A DNA stretch of 64,000 bases from a virus (taxonomy: Duplodnaviria > Caudoviricetes): positions 25,707-89,706 of IMG/VR virus record IMGVR_UViG_2930430511_000001; one strand, 5' to 3'. Both the position numbers and the translations under genes were made by a program. The notes below the pieces were generated by a model. It was not told the origin of the DNA. It made no database searches and worked only from the letters and a program-made list of their open reading frames with translations. Below, in pieces: positions 9,110 to 17,491 of this stretch (positions are counted from its first letter, which is position 1; each line of letters starts with the position of its first letter).

Positions 9110-9477
9110 GACGCCGCCGTCGATGAGGCTGAATAATCGACGACGCTGTCCCATAGGCCGTCGGAGCGCAGCCTCAGGGCTCCGATGCGGAGGTCTTCCT
9201 CGAGGAACGCCGCGAACTCTTCCGTAGTGACCGGCTCTTCTCCGTCGGCCGCCAGCCCAGCGTTGATGTGCTCGCGGATCTGCGTGATGGTTACGTCGCG
9301 GGCCTCCCCGTCATCGCACATCATCCGCAGGGATCCGGTGGCCATGGCCTGAGTGAAGGCCGCGAGGGTGGAGTCCCAGTCGGTGCTGACGTGGTTCTGC
9401 TGGCGGGCCGCACGGGCTTGGGCTTGGCGTCGAACCTTGGCGGCGCGGCTGCTGGTGTTGCGCTTCTTACGGCTCAT
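9106..9477 (-). CDS. Hypothetical protein
   Basis: ATGA-coupled between rep and dciA. Confidence 0.6.
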   Translation of the reverse strand: MSRKKRNTSSRAAKVRRQAQARAARQQNHVSTDWDSTLAAFTQAMATGSLRMMCDDGEARDVTITQIREHINAGLAADGEEPVTTEEFAAFLEEDLRIGALRLRSDGLWDSVVDYSASSTAAS

Positions 9478-10868
9478 GCGTAGATCTCCTGGTTGGCGAG
9501 GTAGCGGTCGACGGCGGCGTTCGTGTACAGGCGGCGGGCCTTGTCCTCGCCCATGAGGTCGACGGCCATGCAGATCAGGTCGGGGTCCTTAGCGGCCGCC
9601 GCGCGCATGTCGATGACCTCGTCGCGGGTCAGGTCCTCGAGGACCATGGCGGGGCTGTCGGCTGTGATCTCGTCCATGACGTGGGTCTCCTCGATCTGCT
9701 GGGTGGGGATGCGGCGGAAGGCTTCCTGGACGAGGCGCTGGACGCTGGCGCTGGACGGGCCGGGCCCGAACGTCTCGTACTGCGCGCGGTCGTGCTCGCT
9801 GCGGGCGGCTTGCTGGGAGTCGCGCCACGCTTGGACGCACTCCTGCCGGGCCTGTGGGGTGCGGAGGATGCGGGTTGCACCGCGGAGGCGGCGGGCGAGG
9901 ACCCCGGAGGGACGGCGGATGCCGTCGGCCGGACCGAGGGCGAACTGGTCGAGGTAGGCGGCGACTTCGGTGCTGCTCCAGCCGGCGTCGGCGACTTCGC
10001 GGGCTACCCAGGCGATGCGGTCGGGGTTGGCGTTGCCGAGCCACGGCACCTGGCCGATGAGTTCACGGGCGAGCTGGTGGCGGCGGCCGACACGGTTGAG
10101 GGTACGGCGGGCCCTCTGCTTGGGGATCTTCGGGGTGGGGCAATTGCTGGTCCCGCTGGCGAGCTTGCTCTCAGAGGGATAGGTAGATGTACCCGCAGTG
10201 GAAGACGCTGAGGTACCACCCTGCATTAGGGTGCAACGGCCCTCGGCGCTGGAGGCCTTCTTGGAGCGGGGGCGGCGGACCTTCCGGGCGGCCTTCTTCG
10301 ACAGCTTCCCGAGCACGTTCCGGGACTCCGGTGCGGCGCCGACCTGACGCCGTTGCACCCCTTCGCCGGTGGTGCGGATGCCGTGGTGCTCGTCGTAGGC
10401 GACGGGGATGACGCGCTCGAAGACGGACGCCTGCCCGCCGATGCCGGTGACGTTGGTGCCCTTGGTGCGGTACACGAGTAGCCCGGCCTCGCGCAGCATG
10501 CCGAGGTGGTATTCGACGGACCGCTCGCTCAGCTTCAGCTTCCGCATGAGGTAGGCGACGCCGGGCCGGCAGACCTTGAGGTTGGCGATCTCCTGGCAGA
10601 TGCGGAGGGTGGTGTGGTTCATGCCGCGGGGGCCGTGGCTGCTGCTGGGGGTGTAGCGCTTGGCTTTGGTGTCGGCGGCCCAGTGGACGGCCATCATCCA
10701 GGGCTGCCCTTTGGCGATGCGGCCGGTGGTGGTGCTGAGCCACTGGTGGCTGGGGGCGACACGGAGTGCCGGCCTGGCGCCGTGGTTGCGCTGTCCGGGG
10801 AGGGAAATCCGGGACGAATCGCCCGTTCCGGCATCGCTGAGCTGACAAGTGGTGTGAACGTCGTGCAC
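9474..10868 (-). CDS. Probable plasmid replication initiator with N-terminal winged HTH
   Basis: RPGVAYLMRKLKLSERSVEYHLGMLREAGLL HTH; low-complexity linker; operon with dciA-parA-parB; GTG 10868 chosen as start (AGGA upstream). Confidence 0.65.
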   Translation of the reverse strand: MHDVHTTCQLSDAGTGDSSRISLPGQRNHGARPALRVAPSHQWLSTTTGRIAKGQPWMMAVHWAADTKAKRYTPSSSHGPRGMNHTTLRICQEIANLKVCRPGVAYLMRKLKLSERSVEYHLGMLREAGLLVYRTKGTNVTGIGGQASVFERVIPVAYDEHHGIRTTGEGVQRRQVGAAPESRNVLGKLSKKAARKVRRPRSKKASSAEGRCTLMQGGTSASSTAGTSTYPSESKLASGTSNCPTPKIPKQRARRTLNRVGRRHQLARELIGQVPWLGNANPDRIAWVAREVADAGWSSTEVAAYLDQFALGPADGIRRPSGVLARRLRGATRILRTPQARQECVQAWRDSQQAARSEHDRAQYETFGPGPSSASVQRLVQEAFRRIPTQQIEETHVMDEITADSPAMVLEDLTRDEVIDMRAAAAKDPDLICMAVDLMGEDKARRLYTNAAVDRYLANQEIYA

Positions 10869-10901
10869 TATGTACCCGTCCTGTTCTTGGAAGAGGGCAT
10901 G

Positions 10902-10930
10902 AAAAAGCCCCTCGTGTTCGTGGGGTGCTT
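10902..10930 (-). terminator. Attenuator-like hairpin with U-run just before rep start
   Basis: Minus strand AAGCACCCCACG-AACA-CGAGGGGCTT-TTT. Confidence 0.45.
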
Positions 10931-10988
10931 CTCGGCAGAAGCGGATTGCTCGGAGCGCAACCGGGGTGGTACTCGGGGCGGTCCGAAC

Positions 10989-11054
10989 GCTGGAGGGCTG
11001 GTAACCCGTCCAGCAGCAGAGGGGCCGTAGTCCGGCCGGTGCTGGTAACACCGG
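10989..11054 (-). promoter_or_regulatory. Two leader hairpins with identical UUACCAG loops
   Basis: GCTGGA-GGG-CTGGTAA-CCC-G-TCCAGC (10989-11014) and CCGGTG-CTGGTAA-CACCGG (11036-11054) on plus strand. Confidence 0.6.
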
Positions 11055-11102
11055 TTGGCGGAGGCGGCCCGGGGCGGTCGAGGAATCTCCCGCCGGTTAG
11101 CG

Positions 11103-11468
11103 CTACGTCATCTGATCTCCATCACTCGGTGGGGCCTGTCCCGGTGCGGTGCGCACGACCATGTAGCTGGTCGTCTCAGCGACGATCCGCATCGGAGTCT
11201 CGGGGAATCGGGCCTTCAGCTGTCCCATGCGCAGCTCGGCCTCGGCGATGGTGTCCTTGGCGCCGGACATCATGGTCCAGGCGTCGTACTCCCAGCCCTC
11301 AACTCGGTAGACCTGGGTTGCTCGGTGCTCAAGCCATCCTGGGCAGCGCTGCGCGTCCTCGCCTTCGAGCACCCCGCAGTACTCGCACATGCCGCTAGTC
11401 GCGGACGCGCGGGAAGGTCGGTGCAGGGTGGGGTCGATGGCCGGCGTGCTTCCGGCCGGGGCGCTCAC
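11103..11468 (-). CDS. Hypothetical protein
   Basis: ORF with CEYC motif; GTGA-coupled to upstream small ORF. Confidence 0.5.
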   Translation of the reverse strand: MSAPAGSTPAIDPTLHRPSRASATSGMCEYCGVLEGEDAQRCPGWLEHRATQVYRVEGWEYDAWTMMSGAKDTIAEAELRMGQLKARFPETPMRIVAETTSYMVVRTAPGQAPPSDGDQMT

Positions 11469-11584
11469 AGTGAGCCGTTGGTAGTGGTGACAGGGTCCGC
11501 GCTGTCCAGCACCGGTGTGATCTTCACGGTGATGGCTGGGGTCCCACTGCCGTTAGGCCCGGATGTCCGGGTACTCTGAGCCAT
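11465..11584 (-). CDS. Small hypothetical protein (39 aa)
   Basis: AGGAAAGG RBS, MAQSTRTSG... Confidence 0.4.
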   Translation of the reverse strand: MAQSTRTSGPNGSGTPAITVKITPVLDSADPVTTTNGSL

Positions 11585-11599
11585 GTCGTCGGCCTTTCC

Positions 11600-11700
11600 T
11601 GTATGTGGTTGGCGATGGCCGGGTTGGCGCCCGGCAACGGCCTCGCTTTGATCCCGGTTACCAGCCGGGGGAGCGGGGCCGCTCCATTTGCAGTTTGAGT
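11600..11700 (-). ncRNA. Candidate structured antisense/regulatory RNA
   Basis: Nested stems GGCCCCGCT/AGCGAGGCC enclosing CCCGG-CUGGUAA-CCGGG, plus GCCGGG-CGCCAA-CCCGGC; loop is complementary to rep-leader loops. Confidence 0.45.
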
Positions 11701-11843
11701 GGCCGTCAGTACCTGAATGGTCGTCTGGCGCAGGCCCCAGCCTACCGGTTTTGCTCTCCACCCCTCCACCCTTCCGGGGGTCGTGTCGATTAATGGTGGT
11801 CTGGCCGTATGACCAGCTCATCGGCTCGTCTCACGTGCCCGCG

Positions 11844-11908
11844 CCCCTGTCCTATAGTTTTGGGAAAGAAATAACGGGATCTTGCGCAGGTCAGCAGCCT
11901 GCGGCTTT
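11844..11908 (+). repeat. Left copy of 65-bp inverted repeat (partner 21663-21727)
   Basis: CCCCTGTCCTATAGTTTTGGGAAAGAAATAACGGGATCTTGC...; 55/65 identical to reverse complement of right copy. Confidence 0.9.
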
Positions 11909-11911
11909 GCA

Positions 11912-12310
11912 CTACGAGACATCGGCTAGCACCGAGAACTTGGTTGTTGCGGTGCGTGGTTGGACCACCGGCAGTGGGTGAACCTGTGCGGTTCTGTCGT
12001 CTCGGGTGGTGTCGCGGTGTGCGGCGCGGGCTGCGGTGGCTTCGGCTCGGCAGCAAGGGCGGCGGCAGCCGTGGTTGTTGTAGCCGCCGGGTGTGCCGTG
12101 CGGGATGCGGGCGACGCTGCCCGCGGTCTTGGCGGCGGCAAGACGCTCAGCGAAGCCCCGGTCCCGGGTCTTGAGTTGCGTCGGGGTGCGGCGGCTGACG
12201 CCCAGCTTGTCGGCGGCCTCCCCGATGCGGACGCCGGAGGCGACGAGGCGCAGGAACTCCGCCTGGGCGGGCTCGTCGAACGTGACGGGGCGCCCGCGGC
12301 CGGCGGTCAC
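11912..12310 (-). CDS. HTH protein with HG-x4-Y-x3-GC-x3-CC motif
   Basis: IGEAADKLGVSRRT HTH; HGTPGGYNNHGCRRPCC; GTG start coupled to upstream stop. Confidence 0.6.
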   Translation of the reverse strand: MTAGRGRPVTFDEPAQAEFLRLVASGVRIGEAADKLGVSRRTPTQLKTRDRGFAERLAAAKTAGSVARIPHGTPGGYNNHGCRRPCCRAEATAARAAHRDTTRDDRTAQVHPLPVVQPRTATTKFSVLADVS

Positions 12311-12714
12311 TCGTGGTCTCCCCACAGCAGCAGGTCCTCGTCGGCGGGGTGCGTACGGCGGCCGCACTGCGCGGCGACGGCCACCCCGCCTGCCATGGCG
12401 CGGTGCCCGGCCTCGTCGAGGGCCCGCTGGAACCCGTCCAGCTCTTCGGGTCGCCACTGTGGGCGCAGCATCGCCTTGCCGGCCCAGATGCCGACGGTGA
12501 GCGCCATGTTCCATATCGCCTGCACGGCGTCCTCCGGCACGTCGGGGAACATCGCGGTGGGGAGCTTGTCGGGGCGCCCGGCGTGGTTGAGGAGGCCCGC
12601 GTCGAGGATGCCCGCGATGACCGCGGCGGAGCGCAGGTTGCGGCCGTGCAGGGCCTCGTCGATGGCGGCCACGTCGAGCGGGGTGGTGGTGGGGAGTTGG
12701 GGTCCGGTGGTCAT
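12307..12714 (-). CDS. Hypothetical protein
   Basis: ATGA-coupled to WhiB gene. Confidence 0.6.
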   Translation of the reverse strand: MTTGPQLPTTTPLDVAAIDEALHGRNLRSAAVIAGILDAGLLNHAGRPDKLPTAMFPDVPEDAVQAIWNMALTVGIWAGKAMLRPQWRPEELDGFQRALDEAGHRAMAGGVAVAAQCGRRTHPADEDLLLWGDHE

Positions 12715-13583
12715 GCGGCAGGCTCCAGCGTGGTGGTGGCGGGAAGGAGGATGTCGAACGTGAGCGGCTCGGCGACGATGCGGACGACGCGCAGCCGGGG
12801 ACCGGCCGGCCGGGTGGTGCGGCGGGGGCGGGGTACGCGGAGCAGCTGCTCGTAGCCGGGGAGGATCAGCTGCACCGAGCTGGTGGGCAGGCGTCGGCCG
12901 CGAGCGAGACGCCGCTGTCGGGAGCCGTCCGTATTCGGCGCGGCGGCGATCGGCACGTCCCCGTCTGGAACGACCCGCACGCCGGCCGGGAGCACGCCGA
13001 GGGTGCGGGCGGTGTCGAGAAGCTGCTGGCGGGTGGCGCGTTCCTTGTCCAGGCCGAGCAGCCCGCACAGCAAGCTCCGGTGCCAGTTGGCGGTGCGCAC
13101 GTCCATGCCGGCCCCGTACGCCACCAGCTCCTCGTCCACGTTGGTGGCCAGCGACCGGAGGACGGCCTGCTTCTGGTCGGTGCGGGCCTCGTCCAGCCGC
13201 TTGGCGTCGATCGTGGCCGCGGCTGCCGCAGGGGTCTTGGCGGTGCGGCGGGCGACGAGGTCACGGTGGCGGGCCAGGGGCAGCATGCCGCCCCACACCC
13301 CCTCCGGCTCGCTGAGCTTGCCGTCGCCGGTCTCCGACAGGGCATACGCCTCGCACTCAGCGCGCACCGGGCAGGAGCCGCACACACGCTGGGCGGCGGC
13401 TTGGCGGGCGTTGCGGGCCGACGGGGTCTCCTGCTCGTCCTCCGTGTACGGCAACCACGCATTCACGCTCACCGCAGTGTCGCCCTGCGCGCGGTCGGGC
13501 TGGTCGGGGTCCGGTGCGCAGCCGCGGTAGGCGTAGAACCGGTGATCTATCAGCGTGTAGTAGGCGCGGTTACGGCTGCTCAT
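12711..13583 (-). CDS. WhiB-family Fe-S transcription regulator with C-terminal extension
   Basis: C...CGSCPVRAEC four-Cys pattern and GVWGG turn. Confidence 0.85.
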   Translation of the reverse strand: MSSRNRAYYTLIDHRFYAYRGCAPDPDQPDRAQGDTAVSVNAWLPYTEDEQETPSARNARQAAAQRVCGSCPVRAECEAYALSETGDGKLSEPEGVWGGMLPLARHRDLVARRTAKTPAAAAATIDAKRLDEARTDQKQAVLRSLATNVDEELVAYGAGMDVRTANWHRSLLCGLLGLDKERATRQQLLDTARTLGVLPAGVRVVPDGDVPIAAAPNTDGSRQRRLARGRRLPTSSVQLILPGYEQLLRVPRPRRTTRPAGPRLRVVRIVAEPLTFDILLPATTTLEPAA

Positions 13584-13863
13584 CGCCGTCTCCCTTCCGG
13601 TCGGGGTGTGTGGGGTGGTGGCCGTACATGGCGAGCGCCTGGTCGAGAACCCGGTGGGCGTCGTCCAAAACGCGGACCGCGGCCGCCCTGTAGAGGGCGC
13701 CCGCGGTGAGGGCTTCGTTGTCTCGTTGTAGCTGCGCCAAGAGGAGGCGCTGGGCGGTGCGTTCGGCGGCGAGGCGACGGCGCCATCCCCGCACGGCCCG
13801 GTACAGGCCGGTCAGGAGGAGGAGCGCCACGACCGCCGTAGGGGCTATGAGCATGGCGCTCAC
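13570..13863 (-). CDS. Small membrane-anchored protein
   Basis: N-terminal hydrophobic helix LIAPTAVVALLLLTGLY. Confidence 0.55.
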   Translation of the reverse strand: MSAMLIAPTAVVALLLLTGLYRAVRGWRRRLAAERTAQRLLLAQLQRDNEALTAGALYRAAAVRVLDDAHRVLDQALAMYGHHPTHPDRKGDGDEQP

Positions 13864-13870
13864 TCCGTCT

Positions 13871-14119
13871 CTATGCGGTTGGGTGCGGTGTCGATTCGTA
13901 GAAGGCCTTGTAGGCGGCGGCCAGGATCTGTTCGGTGACGGCCTGCGGGTCCTCGGCGGCGGTGACGTCGCGGGCCACCTGGCGGGTCAGCTTCTGGTGC
14001 AGGCTGCGGTCGCGGCGCTGATGCCAGGCGTAGATGGTCCGGTCGGTGAGGCGGACGAGGGTTTCGAGGGGCCACATCACCACAGCAGTAGCGGCGGCGT
14101 GGAGTCGGTGGAGTCGCAC
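13871..14119 (-). CDS. Hypothetical protein
   Basis: GGGAGG RBS, operon context. Confidence 0.5.
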   Translation of the reverse strand: MRLHRLHAAATAVVMWPLETLVRLTDRTIYAWHQRRDRSLHQKLTRQVARDVTAAEDPQAVTEQILAAAYKAFYESTPHPTA

Positions 14120-14283
14120 AGCAGGACCTCCCTCGGGAGCGGTACGGGTATCTGGCCGGGGCAGGGTTCCGGCGGCGGTGGTGCGGGCTTCTTCTTCGGC
14201 GCGGGGGCCGATGGAGGGGCGGGTGGGCCGACCGTGGTGGCCGGCACCTCCCGCCCCTCCACATCCAGTTGGGCGGCCGCCAT
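14077..14283 (-). CDS. Small Pro-rich hypothetical protein
   Basis: TGATG coupling at 14283. Confidence 0.35.
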   Translation of the reverse strand: MAAAQLDVEGREVPATTVGPPAPPSAPAPKKKPAPPPPEPCPGQIPVPLPREVLLCDSTDSTPPLLLW

Positions 14284-14621
14284 CAGGCGCCTTCGGGTTG
14301 CTTGTGCTCGAAGGCGCGCTCCTGATCCTCTGGGGTGAGCGTGCGGTAGCAGGCTGCGCACAACTGATCGTCGCTGAACCGGTCGGTACCCTGGTGGTCC
14401 TTCTCGGCCTGCGGGAACGTCCGCCTTCCGCAGCGGGTGACCGTGGGGTGAAGGGCTAGCGCAATGAACGCCGATCCTCCAGAAGAGACGGCGCTGACCT
14501 GCGGACTGCGAGCGATGTCGTACGTCCCGTATTTGACAGCGATGTGTACTGTCCCGCTGCTCACGGCCTCGATGAATCGCAGTTCGGCGTCGGAGGGGAT
14601 TGGTTCCTTCCCGGCTGCCAT
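14283..14621 (-). CDS. Hypothetical protein with C/C-x2-C motif
   Basis: TGATG coupling to annealase gene; lower GC3. Confidence 0.55.
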   Translation of the reverse strand: MAAGKEPIPSDAELRFIEAVSSGTVHIAVKYGTYDIARSPQVSAVSSGGSAFIALALHPTVTRCGRRTFPQAEKDHQGTDRFSDDQLCAACYRTLTPEDQERAFEHKQPEGA

Positions 14622-15610
14622 CAGGCGGCGTTCCTCTCCTGCCGGGCGGCCTTCAGCTCCGCCAGTCGGTTCTTGAGCAGGTCCTCGATACGCGTCGGGA
14701 TCTTGTCGGGGCCAGCCGGAATAACCTCGTTCAGCAGGGACTTCGCTGTGGCCTCCAGAAGGTTCTGTTGAGTGGCGCCGGCGTTGTTCCACCCGTTGAG
14801 GACCTTCGGCTTGAACTCCTCCAGGGCCATCGCCTGAGACTGCTCCGGAGTCATGGCCGGCCGATCCGACGCGGTCTCGGACTGCTGGGCGGGCGCCGAA
14901 CGCGATTGCCGCTGCGGTTGCGCTGGCGGGGTGGCCTCAGGTCCCTTGGCCGGGGCGGGCGTCGGCTGGGGCGCAGGGCCTGGGCTGGTCCCCAGTTCGG
15001 CGGCCAGTTCTGGCGTCAGTTCCACGCCCGGCTCAATGATCTCCAGATCAGAGGAGGTCCACAGGTTCAGTGCCATGCCGAAGCGCATGCCGGCGTTGCG
15101 GATGGCGTCGCCGATGATCTCCTTGATGGCATTCGCGCCGGCTTTGCCGGTGGCGTCTCCGTATCCGATGCGGGTCATGCCGCATACCGTGAGACGAATC
15201 CACAGGCCAGGCACGTTGTCGAACTGCGGCAGGCCCCGCTCGTCGTAGGACAGCGGCTCCCAGTCCCAGAACGGGTCGGCATTAAGCAGCCGGTTCGTTG
15301 CCTCGGCGTGCCCGATGTACTTCAGGCAGATGTGCGCTTCGGTGATCTTCTGGCCGTTGCAGCGGTGGCACTTGATCTCGGTGTGCCGTTCACAGACCTT
15401 GGGCCAGCCCGTAGCGTTGCTGCACTTCTTGCAATAGGGCTGGGGCCGGTAGCGGACCTCGGACTGCACGAACGGCTCGCGAAGCTTGTGGAGGGCGAGA
15501 ATCTGCTGTTCGCGGGTGTATCCGTAGGTGCCGGCGGGGCGGTCGCTCTGGTTTTGGGTGTGCTGAGTGGGGCCCTCCGCAGTTGCGGGGGCCTGGGTGC
15601 CGTTCGGCAT
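14621..15610 (-). CDS. Rad52/Sak-like single-strand annealing protein
   Basis: LREPF...YIGHAEATNRLLNADPFWDW...LWIRLTVCGMTRIGYG...KEIIGDAIRNAGMRFGMALNLW; inserted zinc ribbon. Confidence 0.8.
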   Translation of the reverse strand: MPNGTQAPATAEGPTQHTQNQSDRPAGTYGYTREQQILALHKLREPFVQSEVRYRPQPYCKKCSNATGWPKVCERHTEIKCHRCNGQKITEAHICLKYIGHAEATNRLLNADPFWDWEPLSYDERGLPQFDNVPGLWIRLTVCGMTRIGYGDATGKAGANAIKEIIGDAIRNAGMRFGMALNLWTSSDLEIIEPGVELTPELAAELGTSPGPAPQPTPAPAKGPEATPPAQPQRQSRSAPAQQSETASDRPAMTPEQSQAMALEEFKPKVLNGWNNAGATQQNLLEATAKSLLNEVIPAGPDKIPTRIEDLLKNRLAELKAARQERNAA

Positions 15611-15686
15611 GAGGTCTCCAGATATTCGTGATGTGTGGTGCTGCGGGGCGCGGTGGGTGTCGGCTCCCGACGCGCCCCGCCAGGGG

Positions 15687-16268
15687 CTACTCGCCGGCGT
15701 CAGCCTCGGGTGCCGGGTACTTCTTCAGCAGGTACTGCTTGGCGACGACCCCCGGCGTCGGCGTCCAGCCCAGCTCCTCCGCCAGGGCCTTGCCGTGTGC
15801 CTTTGCCGCGTCGTGGAGGCCCTTGTCCGGGCGGACGTTGATGTTCTTCTGCGACTCACCGCCCGTCCCCCACGCCTTGCGTCCAGGCTGCTTCGGCGTG
15901 AACGTCCCGTCGACGAACGCCCGGAATGCCTCCTCGGCGTCGGCGGTGAGGGTGCTGCCGGCGGCCTTGGCGGCCTGGTGCAGGCGGGCCCGCTCCGTCT
16001 CGGTGGAGGCGATGGGCAGGTTGGGGTTTTTGACGTTGTGCTGCCGGTAGACGGCGGCGGCGATGTAGTCGTCGGTGAGGGTGTAGGCGACGGCGTCCGC
16101 GAGGTGTTCGGTGGTCTTGTTCTTACGGAGTCGTTCGGCTGCCTGGTTGACCAGGTCGCGGGTGGCTTCGTAGTCGCGGCGCTTTTTCGGGGGCACTCGG
16201 GGTCCTCTCGGCGGTGTGCGCCGTTCGGACCGGGGGCGGTTCGGCGGGCGCGTGGGGGTCGTCGCCAT
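15687..16268 (-). CDS. Probable DNA-binding regulator (two RHH-like segments)
   Basis: AGGAGG RBS; NPNLPIASTE and KNINVRPDKGLH beta-helix repeats; divergent from WYL gene across palindromic operators. Confidence 0.5.
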   Translation of the reverse strand: MATTPTRPPNRPRSERRTPPRGPRVPPKKRRDYEATRDLVNQAAERLRKNKTTEHLADAVAYTLTDDYIAAAVYRQHNVKNPNLPIASTETERARLHQAAKAAGSTLTADAEEAFRAFVDGTFTPKQPGRKAWGTGGESQKNINVRPDKGLHDAAKAHGKALAEELGWTPTPGVVAKQYLLKKYPAPEADAGE

Positions 16269-16286
16269 CCAGTGTCCTCCTTTTGT

Positions 16287-16387
16287 CTATTGCACTGGCA
16301 AGCGGTGTGCCCGCCGTCGGGACTGTCCCGGTGTGGTGCCCACCTTACGGCATGCCTATTGCACGCGCAATAGAGAACCGCTATTGT
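16287..16387. promoter_or_regulatory. Divergent promoter region with CTATTGCA operators; rightward TTGCAC-N17-TATTGT
   Basis: CTATTGCACGCGCAATAG palindrome 16356-16373; partial copy 16287-16302; -35 16359-16364, -10 16382-16387. Confidence 0.6.
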
Positions 16388-16414
16388 GGGGCACACGCCA
16401 CCAAGGGGGACCCG

Positions 16415-16702
16415 ATGCGACACACCCGCCGAGCCATTCACGCCGCACTCACCACCACCCGGGCCTTCGCCTACACCACCCTCGGCCCCCGCGCCTTCCT
16501 CCGCTTCACCCTTGAGACCGCCCGTCGTGTCCGCATCGCCTACGTCAAGGCTGACGGCGAAGCCTCCGTTCGGGACATCGAGCCGCACTTCGTGAAGCCC
16601 AACAAGAAGACCGGCCGCCTCTACGTCCACGCCTACGACCACCTGCGGGGCGAATCCCGGAACTTCACCCTCGACTGCATCGCCAACCTGGAGATCGCCT
16701 GA
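16415..16702 (+). CDS. Stand-alone WYL-domain protein
   Basis: VRIAYVKADGEASVRDIEP...YVHAYDHLRGESRNFTLDCI. Confidence 0.85.
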   Translation: MRHTRRAIHAALTTTRAFAYTTLGPRAFLRFTLETARRVRIAYVKADGEASVRDIEPHFVKPNKKTGRLYVHAYDHLRGESRNFTLDCIANLEIA

Positions 16703-16734
16703 CCGGGCAACACCAGCTGCCCTACCGCGACACC

Positions 16735-17028
16735 ATGAACCACGAGACAGAGGAGCCCCATATGGCCACCAGCCGCGTCACTAGCACGTCGGTCATTCAC
16801 GTCATCGAGTGCGCCGTCTCCGACGCGCACCTGAAGAGCGACTTCGTCTACTGGGACGTCATCAAAGCCCAGATCACCTACAAGAACCGTGAGGTGTCCG
16901 AACTTCGACTGACAGCCATCGCCGAGGACACCCGCGAGCAGGGAGAGTTCACGATGCCGGTCGATGTACCCGACTGCTGGCACCCATGGCAGTTGGAGCT
17001 GGTCGACCTCCACCGCCCGGCGGTCTGA
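16735..17028 (+). CDS. Hypothetical protein
   Basis: GAGGAG RBS suggests true start at ATG 16762. Confidence 0.6.
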   Translation: MNHETEEPHMATSRVTSTSVIHVIECAVSDAHLKSDFVYWDVIKAQITYKNREVSELRLTAIAEDTREQGEFTMPVDVPDCWHPWQLELVDLHRPAV

Positions 17029-17150
17029 GCCCAGGCATGACGAAGGCCACCGCCCCGAACCGGGTGGTGGCCTGAACACACGAAACGCGCAACACGCAGT
17101 GTACTCGCGGAACTCACCACCCCGCCACTACTTCGCAGAAGGGGCACCAC

Positions 17151-17294
17151 ATGAACCGCGCAGACATCCTCCGAGAAGCCATCGAAGCCGTACGAGCGGA
17201 GCGCCTCACCGACGAAACTGACACCCCCGAAGACGAGGCTTACAACCAGGCCATCGACGACGCGATCAGCGCGATCGAAGCCATCGGCCAGTGA
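17151..17294 (+). CDS. Small acidic protein (47 aa)
   Basis: AAGGGG RBS; MNRADILREAIEAV... Confidence 0.55.
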   Translation: MNRADILREAIEAVRAERLTDETDTPEDEAYNQAIDDAISAIEAIGQ

Positions 17295-17491
17295 CCTCGC
17301 GTCCCGCACAGCAGCCGTCCCTGCCCATCCCCGAGCAGGGACGCCGCCGCGTCTGGTGCCGAGCCTGCGGACGCGAACTCCACGACCCCGACGCACGCTT
17401 CCGGGGATACGGAGCCGACTGCGATCCCGCCAACCGCACCCGCTGCCGCCGACCGGACGACATCGACCAGGACACCATTCCCGGCACCTAG
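17291..17491 (+). CDS. DUF6011-like zinc-binding protein
   Basis: CRACGRELHDPDARFRGYGADC. Confidence 0.7.
   Translation: MTSRPAQQPSLPIPEQGRRRVWCRACGRELHDPDARFRGYGADCDPANRTRCRRPDDIDQDTIPGT

Noticed and set aside
11600-11700. tRNA gene
   Set aside because: No T-loop (TTCRA) or acceptor stem/CCA; kept only as candidate regulatory RNA
11848-11860. Resemblance of TCCTATA to the yeast FRT arm
   Set aside because: Seven-base match only; likely coincidence
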